A DNA stretch of 64,000 nucleotides from Coleofasciculus sp. B1-GNL1-01 (GTDB taxonomy: Bacteria; Cyanobacteriota; Cyanobacteriia; Cyanobacteriales; Coleofasciculaceae). Under the pieces are notes generated by a model. That model saw only the letters and a program-made list of their open reading frames with translations, did no database searches and was not told the DNA's origin. This document shows positions 30,522 through 41,274 of this stretch, in pieces; the first letter of the stretch is position 1; every line of letters begins with the position of its first letter. The position numbers and the translations under genes were made by a program. Where the stretch lies: assembly GCA_040220235.1 (NCBI GenBank), contig JAVJTO010000077.1, one strand, 5' to 3'.

Positions 30522-33503
30522 ATGACGCTAACACAGGTTTGGGGTGCTTTACTCATTTTTGTCCTCTGTCCCCTACTGGGTGGACTTCCCCTGATTTCCT
30601 GGATTACCTACCTATTCACTAAACGCCAACTCTCTCAAGTCGGTACAGGTAACGTATCTGTCTCCGCCGCGTTCTACCACGGTGGACGTTGGGTGGGTAT
30701 CTTAGCCGTATTATCAGAAGCTTTGAAGGGAATGGCGGCTGTCTTGCTGGCGCGTTATTTCTTCCCCACAGAACCCGCCTGGGAAATCATTGCTCTGATT
30801 ATGCTGGTAATGGGGCGCTACTGGATGGGTAAAGGTGCTGGAACCACAAATGTGGTTTGGGGATTTGTGGTACATGACTGGCACGTCGCGTTGTTGGTCT
30901 TTTTAATTGGGGGGATTGGCTTTACGATTATCCGCGATCGCACGACGGGACGCTATGGTGTTTTAGTCCTATTTCCCCTAATTCTGGCGCTGTTACATCC
31001 CCATGACTTCGCTAGAATTATCAGTGCGATCGCATTGGGTCTGATTATCGGTTGGATTTATCAGAAAATTCCCGATGACTTAGACCTTTCCCCAGACCAA
31101 GCTAAATCAGAATCTCAATCCGTGTTTCGTTTTTTCCGAGGCGATAAAGCTATTATTCCGTTGGAACGTGAACTTGATCCCCAACAGGTTGGCTCAAAAG
31201 CCGCTACCTTGTCCCAGCTTAAACGCTGGGGTTATGCTGTACCTCAAGGATGGGTCTTACCCCCAGGGGATGATATGGACCCTTTGGTTAAATATCTTCC
31301 GGTTTCCGAATCAGAACCCCTGGTTGTCCGTTCCTCGGCGATTGGAGAAGATGCGGAACTCTCGTCGGCGGCTGGACAATATCAAACGGTTTTACAGGTA
31401 ACCAATCGTCCGGCTTTAAAAGACGCCATTACCCAAGTCCTCGCCTCCTATCATAATCCCGTCGCCACACAGTATCGCCGTAACCGAGATTTACCCGACA
31501 CGGCGATGGCGGTCTTAATTCAAAAACAAATCCCAGGCGTCTTTTCCGGTGTCGCCTTTAGTCGTGATCCGATGCAGCAGCAACAAGACACCGTAGTCAT
31601 CGAAGGATTACCCGGAGATGCCTCCAAAATTGTATCCGGTCAAGTCACCCCAGAACAGTATCGGGTATTTTTCCAGGAATCTAAGCCTGTAGGGGAGGGT
31701 TTGACCGATAACGTTCCCGAACAAACCGATAACTCGACGAGACCCGCCCCACTTGAGCAACAGGAGACTGGAGATAATCGTTCCCCATCGGTTGAAATTG
31801 AAGGAGAGGGAGATTTACCCCCAGCGTTAATCCAGGAGGTGGCTGTTTTAGCGCGAGACTTGGAAGACCGCTATCATGGGATTCCCCAAGATATTGAATG
31901 GACTTATGACGGTCAGCAGTTATGGTTACTGCAAACACGACCCATTACCAATCTACAACCCATCTGGACGCGCAAGATTGCCGCAGAGGTGATTCCCGGA
32001 CTGATTCGACCCCTCACTTGGTCTATTAATCGTCCCCTCACCTGTGGCGTTTGGGGAGAAATTTTTACCATCGTGTTAAAAGAACGATCGCAGGGATTGG
32101 ATTTTAATCAAACTGCTACACTGCATTATGCTCGCGCCTATTTTAATGCCACATTGTTAGGTGATATTTTCCGGCGCATGGGTTTACCGCCAGAAAGTTT
32201 GGAGTTTCTGACAAGGGGAGCGAAATTTTCTAAACCGCCCCTGAAATCCACGCTGCGGAACCTCCCCGGATTATTGCGTCTGTTAGGTCGGGAATGGAAT
32301 TTAGATAAGGATTTTGAGCAAGATTATCAACACCATTTTGCTCCGGCTTTACGTCAACTGCAAGAGCAATCGGTTTCAGAATTATCAGATGCCGAAATTC
32401 TGGAACGAGTGAACCAGATATTATCGGAATTACAACGAGCCACGTATTATAGTATTCTCGCTCCTTTAAGCCTCTCCCTGCGACAAGCGTTGCTCAAGGT
32501 AAAGGATGAAGAATTAGATAGTAGCCAAACTCCAGAAATTGCCAGCTTGCGATCACTCGCCCAATTAGCCGACGATACGCGCCATTTATTAAGTCCAAAA
32601 CAAATTAATTGTGATAATCACGCTTCTGTCTTTACCACCTTGTCAGAAATTCCCGATGCTCAAAGTGTTTTAGAACAATTCGACCAATTTCTGGCACAAT
32701 ATGGTTATCTCAGCGATGTCGCCACAGATATTGCCGTTCCCAGATGGAAAGAAGATCCGCGACCGATACGACAACTCTTTGCCCAGTTTTTATGTGATCC
32801 TCCCCCAGCACCTAAACCGCCCAAGCGTCAGCGCTGGAAAGCGGAAGTGGTACAAGCGCGTTTGAATTTAAAAGGGCGAGTAACTGAAGTTTATTCCCAA
32901 TTTTTAGCCGACTTGCGTTGGAGTTTTGTCGCTCTAGAAAAACGGTGGTTAGAATCCGGTTTACTCTCTGAAGCTGGGGATATTTTCTTCTTAGAATTTG
33001 CGGAGATTGAGCGTCTAATAGCGGAAACCGATCAAGTTTTGCGAGAGGAACTTCCCAGATTGATTCATTATCGCCGATCGCAGTTAGATGAACATCGTCA
33101 ATTAGCTAGTGTCCCTCCCCTCGTCTATGGCAATCCTCCCGCCGTTTCCTTGCTGATGCAAACCCAATCCGAACCCGCTCAACAGCGTCTTGTGGGAATT
33201 GGCGCAAGTGCTGGACAAGTGGAAGGTTGGGTTAGGGTTTTAAGTAACCTACAATCGGTTCCAGACATTGACCGTCAAACGATACTGGTTGTCCCCTACA
33301 CGGATTCCGGTTGGGCACCCTTATTAGCGCGTGCAGGCGGCTTAATTGCTGAGGTTGGCGGGCGGCTATCCCACGGCGCGATCGTGGCGCGGGAATATGG
33401 GATTCCAGCGGTGATGGATATTCATAATGCGACTCAGATGTTCCGCAATGGTCAACGGGTAAGAATTGATGGGCGATCCGGAATTGTGGAGGTTTTGGAG
33501 TGA
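30522..33503 (+). CDS. PlsY-like membrane domain fused to ATP-grasp (PPDK_N) and phospho-His swivel domains
   Basis: N-terminal TM region with GTGNVSVS and SEALKG; VGSKA, VVRSSA, PQDIEW, LLQTRPIT; GGRLSHGAIVARE. Confidence 0.88.
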   Translation: MTLTQVWGALLIFVLCPLLGGLPLISWITYLFTKRQLSQVGTGNVSVSAAFYHGGRWVGILAVLSEALKGMAAVLLARYFFPTEPAWEIIALIMLVMGRYWMGKGAGTTNVVWGFVVHDWHVALLVFLIGGIGFTIIRDRTTGRYGVLVLFPLILALLHPHDFARIISAIALGLIIGWIYQKIPDDLDLSPDQAKSESQSVFRFFRGDKAIIPLERELDPQQVGSKAATLSQLKRWGYAVPQGWVLPPGDDMDPLVKYLPVSESEPLVVRSSAIGEDAELSSAAGQYQTVLQVTNRPALKDAITQVLASYHNPVATQYRRNRDLPDTAMAVLIQKQIPGVFSGVAFSRDPMQQQQDTVVIEGLPGDASKIVSGQVTPEQYRVFFQESKPVGEGLTDNVPEQTDNSTRPAPLEQQETGDNRSPSVEIEGEGDLPPALIQEVAVLARDLEDRYHGIPQDIEWTYDGQQLWLLQTRPITNLQPIWTRKIAAEVIPGLIRPLTWSINRPLTCGVWGEIFTIVLKERSQGLDFNQTATLHYARAYFNATLLGDIFRRMGLPPESLEFLTRGAKFSKPPLKSTLRNLPGLLRLLGREWNLDKDFEQDYQHHFAPALRQLQEQSVSELSDAEILERVNQILSELQRATYYSILAPLSLSLRQALLKVKDEELDSSQTPEIASLRSLAQLADDTRHLLSPKQINCDNHASVFTTLSEIPDAQSVLEQFDQFLAQYGYLSDVATDIAVPRWKEDPRPIRQLFAQFLCDPPPAPKPPKRQRWKAEVVQARLNLKGRVTEVYSQFLADLRWSFVALEKRWLESGLLSEAGDIFFLEFAEIERLIAETDQVLREELPRLIHYRRSQLDEHRQLASVPPLVYGNPPAVSLLMQTQSEPAQQRLVGIGASAGQVEGWVRVLSNLQSVPDIDRQTILVVPYTDSGWAPLLARAGGLIAEVGGRLSHGAIVAREYGIPAVMDIHNATQMFRNGQRVRIDGRSGIVEVLE

Positions 33504-33543
33504 GTAAAATTATCAATTAGATTGCATGAAGATCAGGTGTTAA

Positions 33544-34326
33544 TTGAGTGTTGTCTTGTGCTATGAACGAAGAACGCCGCCAAATTTATATGGATTTGCT
33601 GTTGCAATTCAAAACCCCACGGATAACCTACCGTACACCGACTTAGAAGTTGAAATGAGCCGCACATTCTTTTCCTCTACCCAAGTCTTAGCAAAAGAGG
33701 AAGCAACTGAATCTGCTCTTAAACTTAATCAAGAGTTACCATTAGCCCACTGTATTCACTTTTCTTGTCATGGCAAGTTTAACCTCCATTCACCCCTAGA
33801 ATCATCCTTAATCTTAGCTAAAGATGAACAACCAGAAGATGGACGACTCACGCTAGCAGAAATCTTTGGACTAACACTCAATCAATGCCGCCTTGTCACC
33901 CTCTCTGCTTGTGAAACAGGTTTGACAGGACTCAATGATATAAGCGATGAATATATTAGTTTACCCAGTGGATTTCTCTACGCAGGTAGTCCTAGCGTTG
34001 TCAGTAGCCTTTGGAAAGTTCAAGACTTTTCTACTGCCTTCTTGATGATCAAGTTCTATGAAAATTTAAGTAAATTGCCCAAATTAGAAGAAGGGACAAT
34101 TGCCATTGCTCTGAACCAAGCTCAAAAATGGCTAAGAACTCTAACTAGCAATGAATTTGAAAAACTCTTAGATAAATACCATTCTCAAATTGAGCAAATC
34201 TTTGCCCAACTTCCCAAAAGCAAGTCTCGCATTTTCAAAGCATCCCTGAAGCAAGCGCGTAAGCGCCAACCCTACCCGTTTGCTAATCCCTATTATTGGG
34301 CTGCTTTTACGGCTATAGGCATCTAG
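33544..34326 (+). CDS. CHAT domain protein, probably 5'-truncated
   Basis: HFSCHG and LSACETG dyad motifs, SLWKV, PYYWAAF; no TPR region; TTG start. Confidence 0.75.
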   Translation: MSVVLCYERRTPPNLYGFAVAIQNPTDNLPYTDLEVEMSRTFFSSTQVLAKEEATESALKLNQELPLAHCIHFSCHGKFNLHSPLESSLILAKDEQPEDGRLTLAEIFGLTLNQCRLVTLSACETGLTGLNDISDEYISLPSGFLYAGSPSVVSSLWKVQDFSTAFLMIKFYENLSKLPKLEEGTIAIALNQAQKWLRTLTSNEFEKLLDKYHSQIEQIFAQLPKSKSRIFKASLKQARKRQPYPFANPYYWAAFTAIGI

Positions 34327-34333
34327 AGTTCCA

Positions 34334-34972
34334 CTAGGAGACATTACAGAATTTTCTAATTCCAATCTTAAAAGCATAAATGACAACTGGAGTAGCTAAC
34401 CCTGAGGGAATTAACGTCGTAGCAAGTAAAGCTTCCACCGAACCCGCTAGCAATCCTGCCATTATCTCATCTCTAAAATCTTCTTGACAAAGAATGGGAC
34501 GGCATCGTTCAGATATTCCCTCTAACCACTCTCTAGCACCCCGTTCAGGTTCTTGTCCTGCTTCTATGGCTAGCACCACAGCAGCATCTTCTAAATGTCC
34601 TTCACACGCCTCGATTTCGTCAAGTGCTGCGATTGCTTCTGGATAATCTCTCAATTGCTTACGAAAATTTTCAATTTCTTCTTGGGTAACGACAGTCATA
34701 TCATTCTTCCCCGAATTAACTCTTTCTTGCTCTTTTTGTCTTTGTTTTTCGTGATCGCGTTCAGATCGTTTCCGAATGGCTTCCTCAGCTATCTGGATAT
34801 TCTCTTCAATGGGTAAACCATCAGGAGTACACATTGGTCCATACCATGTCGCTTCTGAGTCGGGGGGATTACGACGACTAAACAGAGTACGAATTGCTTC
34901 ATCATCATCTCGATGAGACAGAACGTATATTTTTAATTCGGCTGTACTCATCGCTTCAAAGTTCGGCTTCAT
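34334..34972 (-). CDS. DUF6887-like N-terminus fused in frame to a second hypothetical protein
   Basis: NFEAMSTAELKIYVLSHRDDDEA; internal MTVVTQEE preceded by a purine-rich SD-like tract. Confidence 0.65.
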   Translation of the reverse strand: MKPNFEAMSTAELKIYVLSHRDDDEAIRTLFSRRNPPDSEATWYGPMCTPDGLPIEENIQIAEEAIRKRSERDHEKQRQKEQERVNSGKNDMTVVTQEEIENFRKQLRDYPEAIAALDEIEACEGHLEDAAVVLAIEAGQEPERGAREWLEGISERCRPILCQEDFRDEIMAGLLAGSVEALLATTLIPSGLATPVVIYAFKIGIRKFCNVS

Positions 34973-35147
34973 TCAAAAACCTCCATAATCCATTACGAGA
35001 CACGATAATTTGTAGTTCTTCACCTGCGAAAATATAGACTTCTCCGGTTTGAGCATTAAAGCGGAATAGCTGAATGTCCCGATAATAGTTAGACAGCATC
35101 TGGCAGACACGCAAACAGGTTTGAGCTTGTTCGTTGGTTGGATTAAT
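34956..35147 (-). CDS. DUF6888-like protein with an ATT start (not in ORF track)
   Basis: (ATT)NPTNEQAQTCLRVCQMLSNYYRDIQLFRF...VYIFAGEELQIIVSRNGLWRF; GAGGA SD; overlaps the DUF6887 start. Confidence 0.6.
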   Translation of the reverse strand: MNPTNEQAQTCLRVCQMLSNYYRDIQLFRFNAQTGEVYIFAGEELQIIVSRNGLWRFLNEAEL

Positions 35148-35412
35148 ACTCTATTCCTCAATTGTGGCACGGATACTACAATACAGGTCTTGTGTATCTG
35201 AGCAAATATATTGGAGAGACACGGAAAAATCGTAGGTGCATGTCAACGAGAGTAGGTTGGGTTGAGGAACGTAGGCGGAGCCTTCTCGTACTCCGGAGGA
35301 GAACCCGAAGGGTAGAGTAACCCAACAAGCGCAGGTTAGCATGAACATTACGTCAAACCTGACATGCTCCCAAAACCATCGGCTTTTGATGCTCCCGAAG
35401 CTGGAGGGGTGA

Positions 35413-35502
35413 TATCAAATCCTGTTGATTGCACACCAATGCAATCACGTCAGAATGAGGGTTTCAGCCATTTTTAGTGAGGTTATTTAACCGGATTTGA
35501 TA
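35413..35502. mobile_element. MITE family D relative
   Basis: TATCAAATCC...GGATTTGATA; shares TGATTGC and AGGGTTTCAG.CATTTTTA with 21428-21518. Confidence 0.75.
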
Positions 35503-36051
35503 TGATTTGACTGTTCGATGAAACCGATGGTCTGGTAAGCGCACTCAAGCACAGCCGGGAAATAAATTTCCGGCTGAAAGCTAAAGTAAGCTAAAGCTTA
35601 CAGGATTAAAGGCAAAAACCTGTTTAAAGGGATTTTAACTTTTAGCCCATTCGCGTGACACGAGGCTACTGACATGCCAAATATCGCTATTACGCCATCC
35701 TGAGACGAGAACTGACCGCGATGCTATACTAACGCCAAGGTCAAATCTATTGGCGATCGCTAAATATCCTGCTCTGTTCCGGTAGTCGAACATTTACGCA
35801 AGGCTGTTTAGCGATGATATGTCTTTAATCCTGAGAATAACTCGAATTCTGCTTTCCACGACTTCCTCTATGGGAAAGCGAGAGGATCAATATATGGAAT
35901 TTCCTGAAGCTCTGAGTATGATGGGGTAAATGTAGATGCACCCCAGATATATACACTAACCCAACTCGTCTAGGATGGGATGAGGGGTAATACCCCCACC
36001 CCCCTACAGAAAAATTCAGGTTCGTAATAAGCTGACAACTACCAGACTGCT

Positions 36052-36609
36052 ATGGCTCGCAAAAAAAAATCCGGCCGCAAAAAAAACAATATCGAATCTT
36101 TGACGTCGAATCTTCCTGAAACGTCAGAGACATCTGAATCCACGAAAACAGTTGAGGAATCAACCCAAGACAGCACTGAGGTTAATCCTCCTCAAACTGA
36201 GGAGTCAACCCAGAGTTCTACTCCCCCCAATCCTCCAGCAACAGAAGAAAAAGCCGAGTCAACTCAGAGTTCTACTCCCCCCAATCCTCCAACGGCTGAA
36301 AAGAAACCCTATCTAGCCATTAAACCCAAACCCATCCCTGCCAAATCCGTTGAAAAGAAACCGCCACCCCCTCCAGTTACAGAAACGACAAATGAAGCTG
36401 GCGAACTGTTTCACAAAGGCGACTCGATTACAGTAAAAGCGCCTTGGGGAGGTAAGGCGACAGCAGAAATTGTAGACTTTTATCAAACCCACAGCGGCAA
36501 GATTTGGGCGCAATACAATCCCTTAGATTCTCAACCAAACTGGACTTGGTATAGCGGATGTATTCGTACCAATCTTTTGGAGAAAGCAACACAAACCGCT
36601 CAAGAATGA
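36052..36609 (+). CDS. Hypothetical protein with basic N-terminus, Pro/Ser/Thr/Glu-rich repeats and a small C-terminal domain
   Basis: Repeated ESTQSSTPPNPP; 185 aa. Confidence 0.6.
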   Translation: MARKKKSGRKKNNIESLTSNLPETSETSESTKTVEESTQDSTEVNPPQTEESTQSSTPPNPPATEEKAESTQSSTPPNPPTAEKKPYLAIKPKPIPAKSVEKKPPPPPVTETTNEAGELFHKGDSITVKAPWGGKATAEIVDFYQTHSGKIWAQYNPLDSQPNWTWYSGCIRTNLLEKATQTAQE

Positions 36610-37241
36610 TGAAAGACGACTGAAAGATTGTTCGCAGGCATCGGGTAGATTTGATCCAAGGCTAGATGCTGATCTTGGGCGATTGCCACAATATCCTCAA
36701 GGTCACGCACACCCCAGTCTGGATTGGACGCCTTCAACGAGGCATCAAAGGCAGCATTACTGGCAGCAGTATGCTGTCCATTGCGCTTGAATGGACCATA
36801 TAAATAGAGAACGCCTCCTGGAGGAAGCAGACGACTTGCCCCGGCTATCAGTCCCAAGCACGCTGACCAGGGGGCAATGTGAATCAAATTAATGCTGACG
36901 ATCGCCTTCAACGGTGAGGTTTCCCAATCAACAGGTGACTCCTTCTCTACAGACCAACTCGGTGTCTGCACATCAATATCTAAGGGTGGGTAAAGATTAT
37001 CAGCAGGTTCGTAAGCAGACCAGTCTGCAATACTGGCACGCATGAGAGGATTGGCATCAGAAGGTAACCATTGACGTGGCTTTAGACGTGGGGCAAAGAA
37101 AACAGCATGTTCCCCTGTGCCACTAGCAACTTCTAAAACTGTACCTTTTGCAGGCAGTACGCGACGTAGAATCTCAAGAATCGGTTCGCGGTTGCGTTGA
37201 GTCGCAGGTGCATATTGCCGTGCATCGTCCGTTGTACTCAT
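36600..37241 (-). CDS. DUF938 SAM-dependent methyltransferase-like protein
   Basis: RNREPI, VLEVASGTGEH, YGPF, MPANN. Confidence 0.9.
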   Translation of the reverse strand: MSTTDDARQYAPATQRNREPILEILRRVLPAKGTVLEVASGTGEHAVFFAPRLKPRQWLPSDANPLMRASIADWSAYEPADNLYPPLDIDVQTPSWSVEKESPVDWETSPLKAIVSINLIHIAPWSACLGLIAGASRLLPPGGVLYLYGPFKRNGQHTAASNAAFDASLKASNPDWGVRDLEDIVAIAQDQHLALDQIYPMPANNLSVVFHHS

Positions 37242-37933
37242 AATTTCTGCTTATCGATTAGACTTACCTAATTTCTATTACTTGCCCCGTTCCTCATTTC
37301 TTTCATGAGCAGTGGAGGAGTACGCATGAGTAAGGCTGAACAGGGATCATTGTAGGTGAGGTTTGCTGTGATCAGCCAAAGGTTGCCGGAGAAATTGGCT
37401 GGGGGTGCATCGCGAATGTAGTCTTTATAATAGTTAGTTTATAAGCATCTGGGTCTTTGGCGGCTAGAAATTTATTGTTTTATCAGTTAAAATAATATAT
37501 GACTAAGAATAGCTAAGGGTAAACGCAGCAAGAGTCAATCTACCAAACGCTGACCGATACAAACGGTACAACGTCAGCTTGAGGGATAAACTTCAAGCCT
37601 AGCTAAAAAGAGCTTGTTAATCACTTGCTCAACCATAGAACCCCTTGCTCAAAACACTATACCTGCTCTTCTGTGACCCCTTATACTCTAGCAGCTTACC
37701 CTGTTTAAAGTTGTAGGAACGCCAATTTTATGTCAAGCCGAGTGACTAGACTGACAAACTATAAGGATTGAGTTAAGCCAAGAGAACAATGTTTGACTTG
37801 ATTCTGTAGATGTTGCCATTGGGTAGCGTCCAATCAAACAACATATTTCTTTGTTCCCGTTAAAAATTTTATAGCAATCGATTTTAAAATGCTGCAACCG
37901 GAATAAGCGGCTAGATTCCGGACTAACTCGGTA

Positions 37934-38443
37934 TTGGGGTGCTGTGATCTACCGATTGGTACGCTATCCGAACTCAAGCCCCCTTATCTAAGATTTGTGA
38001 TGAAAACGATTAAACCCACTAACTCGGAAACATCAACCTTTCAAAACAACGCCATCCAACCCCGTCTAATTCTTCAAGCCATTGCCTTTACTCTGATTTT
38101 GTCCTTTAGTGCGGGTCATCTATCACCCAAGAATAAAGGGATGACGAATCAGTCTCCTCAGGCGAATCCTCAGCTATCTACGGCAATTGGTCATATTGTT
38201 TTGCAACATGCCTCCGAGCATACACGAGTGCCTTCCTCGAAACTCGACCTAGTTGATGTGCAACCCCATACCTGGTCTGATAATTGTCTAGAATTGGCTG
38301 AAGCAGAAGCCTCTTGTCAGCAGATACCTGTATCTGGATGGCAAGTGGCTGTTGCCAAGGGGCAACACCGCTGGATCTATCGCACAGATGCTTCTGGTTC
38401 CGTGGTTAAATTAGAAAGCAGTAACGTTGATTCTAGTAAGTAG
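37934..38443 (+). CDS. Hypothetical exported protein
   Basis: TWSDNCL...CQQ..VSGWQV...YRTD motif after a hydrophobic segment; start probably near 38000. Confidence 0.6.
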   Translation: MGCCDLPIGTLSELKPPYLRFVMKTIKPTNSETSTFQNNAIQPRLILQAIAFTLILSFSAGHLSPKNKGMTNQSPQANPQLSTAIGHIVLQHASEHTRVPSSKLDLVDVQPHTWSDNCLELAEAEASCQQIPVSGWQVAVAKGQHRWIYRTDASGSVVKLESSNVDSSK

Positions 38444-38574
38444 GTTAGCACGATTGTGGGATCGTCAGCGTATACAAAGGATGAATGACGTAGCTTGCTT
38501 CTTGCTATCGCGAGTATGACGAATGACGATCCCCACCGTTAACTTTAATTGTCCCCACCTACTTAAAGCCCTTT

Positions 38575-40455
38575 CTAATCCGAGACGTCCCAATCCGCTG
38601 AAATTTCCGGCGATCGCGCAGGTAGGGGAAAGAGTGCCTGAAACGCTGCCTGACGCTGGGGTGAGGATTCGGGCGCGTTGTCCCACAGGGTTTCGTAGAA
38701 AAAGAATGACACCCCAGCAAATCCTCGCTGACGCACAGCTTCGACTTGCTTTTGAATTTGTGATAACGAAATCGGCTTATTTTTTAATCCGGCTAAAATC
38801 CCGATCCCCACAGGGATATGACGCCGCGCCGCCTGGACTTCCGGCTGTTCGAGTTCTGCAATAAACCGATCAAAGTCATTCCGATAAATCTGGACGATCA
38901 ACTCTTCAACCAAACCACGACGTTCCCAGGTATACCAATCGGCGAGATAGAATTCATAGGAAAAATCTTGAGGATTGGGAGACAGGGAGATAATCACATC
39001 CGACTTTTGCGCTTTAATCGCTCGGAAAAGTTGGGTTAAGTAGTCGGTAATTTTGTTCGCCCGCCATCGTACCCACTCTGGGTTTTTGGGATCACGAGGA
39101 GGAGATTGACCTTGATGCTCTTGTTGATAGAGCTTAACGGTCAAGGGATCATAACCAAACTCAAAGGGCAAGCCGAAATGATCGTCGAATTGAATCCCAT
39201 CAACATCATAGTTGTTGACTAACTCAACCACTAAATCCTGGATAAACTGCTGCACTTCCGGGTTAAAGGGATTCAGCCAAACGCGATCGTGACTTCCTTC
39301 TTGTTTAATCTTCCCACCTTGGCGATTTTGCGTCAGCCAATCGGGGTGACGTTGGGCTAACTCCGAGTCAGCGGGTGCCATAAATCCAAATTCAAACCAG
39401 GGAATCACCCTCATATCCTTTTGATGGGCTTGTTGGATGATTTCCTTGAGCATATCTCGTCCTTGGGTTCCCTGATTGGGATCAAGGGATTCATCTAACG
39501 GAGTCACTAGCCTTACCGCCCGCCCAATTTCCCGTTCAGCCACTTGACTAGGGTAGAGGGTATAGCCCCAATTCCAAACGGTGGGATAGACGGTGTTGAA
39601 GTTGAGTTGATCCAGGCGTTGAATGGCGTTGGTAATGCCTTGAGTGGAAAATAAGACTTGGCTATCAATATTCGTCAGCCACACCCCACGTAACTCAGCT
39701 TGAGCCGAATTAGGAACTTGAGTCTCGACTTTAGCAATGTACTGGGAGGGGATCAACTCAGCGGTTTGAGTCGCTTGGCACAAAAAAGCGGCAATTTCAG
39801 CCCGACTCGCATTTTGGTTCGGGTTAAAGGTTTGCACACTGGGATAATTAACTACAAGCTGGTTTTCTACAGCGGTTGCGATCGCGCCTTGGGAATAATT
39901 GGGAATCGTGCTAGCATCTTCAAATGCTGATGTCAAGGTTTCAACAGCAGGTTGCTGGGGAACATACTTCAACCCACTGGCTAAAGAGACTAAGGCTTGC
40001 ACACGGGGGATCGGTTGATTGGGTTGGAATAGTCCACCCGGATAACCCGCTAAAAATCCGGTTTGATAGGCTTGGTGAATCGCTTGACTTGCCCAGTGTC
40101 GAGTTGGCACATCGGCAAATTTTCCGCCCGTGCGTATCTCTGGCGCATCCGGAAAGGCTTTACCTAGCATGGCGGCAAATTCAGCCCTAGTTACAGGGGC
40201 ATTGGGTTGAAAACGATTATCTGGATAACCACGAATAATCTGCTGCTGGGCTAACTGTTCAATGCACGATTGCGCCCAATTTCCTTGGATATCACTCAGC
40301 CGCGTTTGAGCGTAAGCTAGGGTTGGCAGCCATAAGGCTAAGCACAAACCCAACATAAACAGAAACATTAACCAAGCCTGATGCCCACAAGCACGGCTAA
40401 AAGCAACTAGCCCATCGGCAAAGGCTGTAAATAAGGTTTTGACCAACTGTTTCAT
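38575..40455 (-). CDS. SLH-domain glycoside hydrolase (GHL10/YddW-like)
   Basis: Three SLH repeats (GYPDNRFQPN..TRAEF), ELRGVWLT, PWFEFG, DGIQFDD. Confidence 0.9.
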   Translation of the reverse strand: MKQLVKTLFTAFADGLVAFSRACGHQAWLMFLFMLGLCLALWLPTLAYAQTRLSDIQGNWAQSCIEQLAQQQIIRGYPDNRFQPNAPVTRAEFAAMLGKAFPDAPEIRTGGKFADVPTRHWASQAIHQAYQTGFLAGYPGGLFQPNQPIPRVQALVSLASGLKYVPQQPAVETLTSAFEDASTIPNYSQGAIATAVENQLVVNYPSVQTFNPNQNASRAEIAAFLCQATQTAELIPSQYIAKVETQVPNSAQAELRGVWLTNIDSQVLFSTQGITNAIQRLDQLNFNTVYPTVWNWGYTLYPSQVAEREIGRAVRLVTPLDESLDPNQGTQGRDMLKEIIQQAHQKDMRVIPWFEFGFMAPADSELAQRHPDWLTQNRQGGKIKQEGSHDRVWLNPFNPEVQQFIQDLVVELVNNYDVDGIQFDDHFGLPFEFGYDPLTVKLYQQEHQGQSPPRDPKNPEWVRWRANKITDYLTQLFRAIKAQKSDVIISLSPNPQDFSYEFYLADWYTWERRGLVEELIVQIYRNDFDRFIAELEQPEVQAARRHIPVGIGILAGLKNKPISLSQIQKQVEAVRQRGFAGVSFFFYETLWDNAPESSPQRQAAFQALFPLPARSPEISADWDVSD

Positions 40456-41274
40456 AAAAGGAGCAAATCTAGAGATATCACTATTGACGGGCTACACACC
40501 TTCCTGATCAGGAATGACTGGCTGAGTTAGGCAAAGGTTGCCAAAGCGACTTATTGCCATTGGCTGTCGGATCAAGACTGGGGGAGTCGTTTTGAGTTTT
40601 GTGGCTCTGACTGATTTGGAACGTTGCTCCGAGACTTTTTGTATTTTTGGCTACAAACATTTCTGTATTGTCGGTCAATGACATGGCGAATTGGCATAAT
40701 ATTTAAAGTTTTTCAACATTTTCCGGCTGGGGTACTCCCAAGACTTACCCAAAAATTTCACATTTAAGGTGTATTTTGTGAGTAATACTGTCTTTATGTC
40801 AGGAATCTTAGCCGATCTCCCCCATTTCCTCATGATTGCCCCAGCAGGTTTTGGGATAAATAACCTTAAACGGCTGAACTCATCTCCATCGGCTAGGTTA
40901 ACAAAACTTGGCGTTAAATGAGTGGAAAGGTTCAGGATGACAAGACGGGGAAACAAGAGGGAGCAGGAGGGTTCCAGGTGCGGGAGAACTGGGGAGATTA
41001 GCTGGTCAGCTATTTAGAGCCATGCTGCACTAGAACCGTCCGCCCTAGCTCAGAAAATCTGAACTGGATAAAAATGTTAAGTTTTATTACAATGGAACGA
41101 ATTGGGAGACCGACACATTGTTGTCCTATATCGGTTCATACGCACTCATCCCCTAAGATTTATTAGAAATTAGGAAGTTGGATTAATTTTTTATTTAAAA
41201 ATACAAATAATTACGAGGGAAAACTTAGATAGAATCCAAGCATTCAAATTAGGAAAAACTGTCAGCATCTTCCT

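Noticed and set aside
34973..35170. 65-aa ORF from the ORF track
   Set aside because: The overlapping ATT-start frame (34956-35147) looks more protein-like and has an SD
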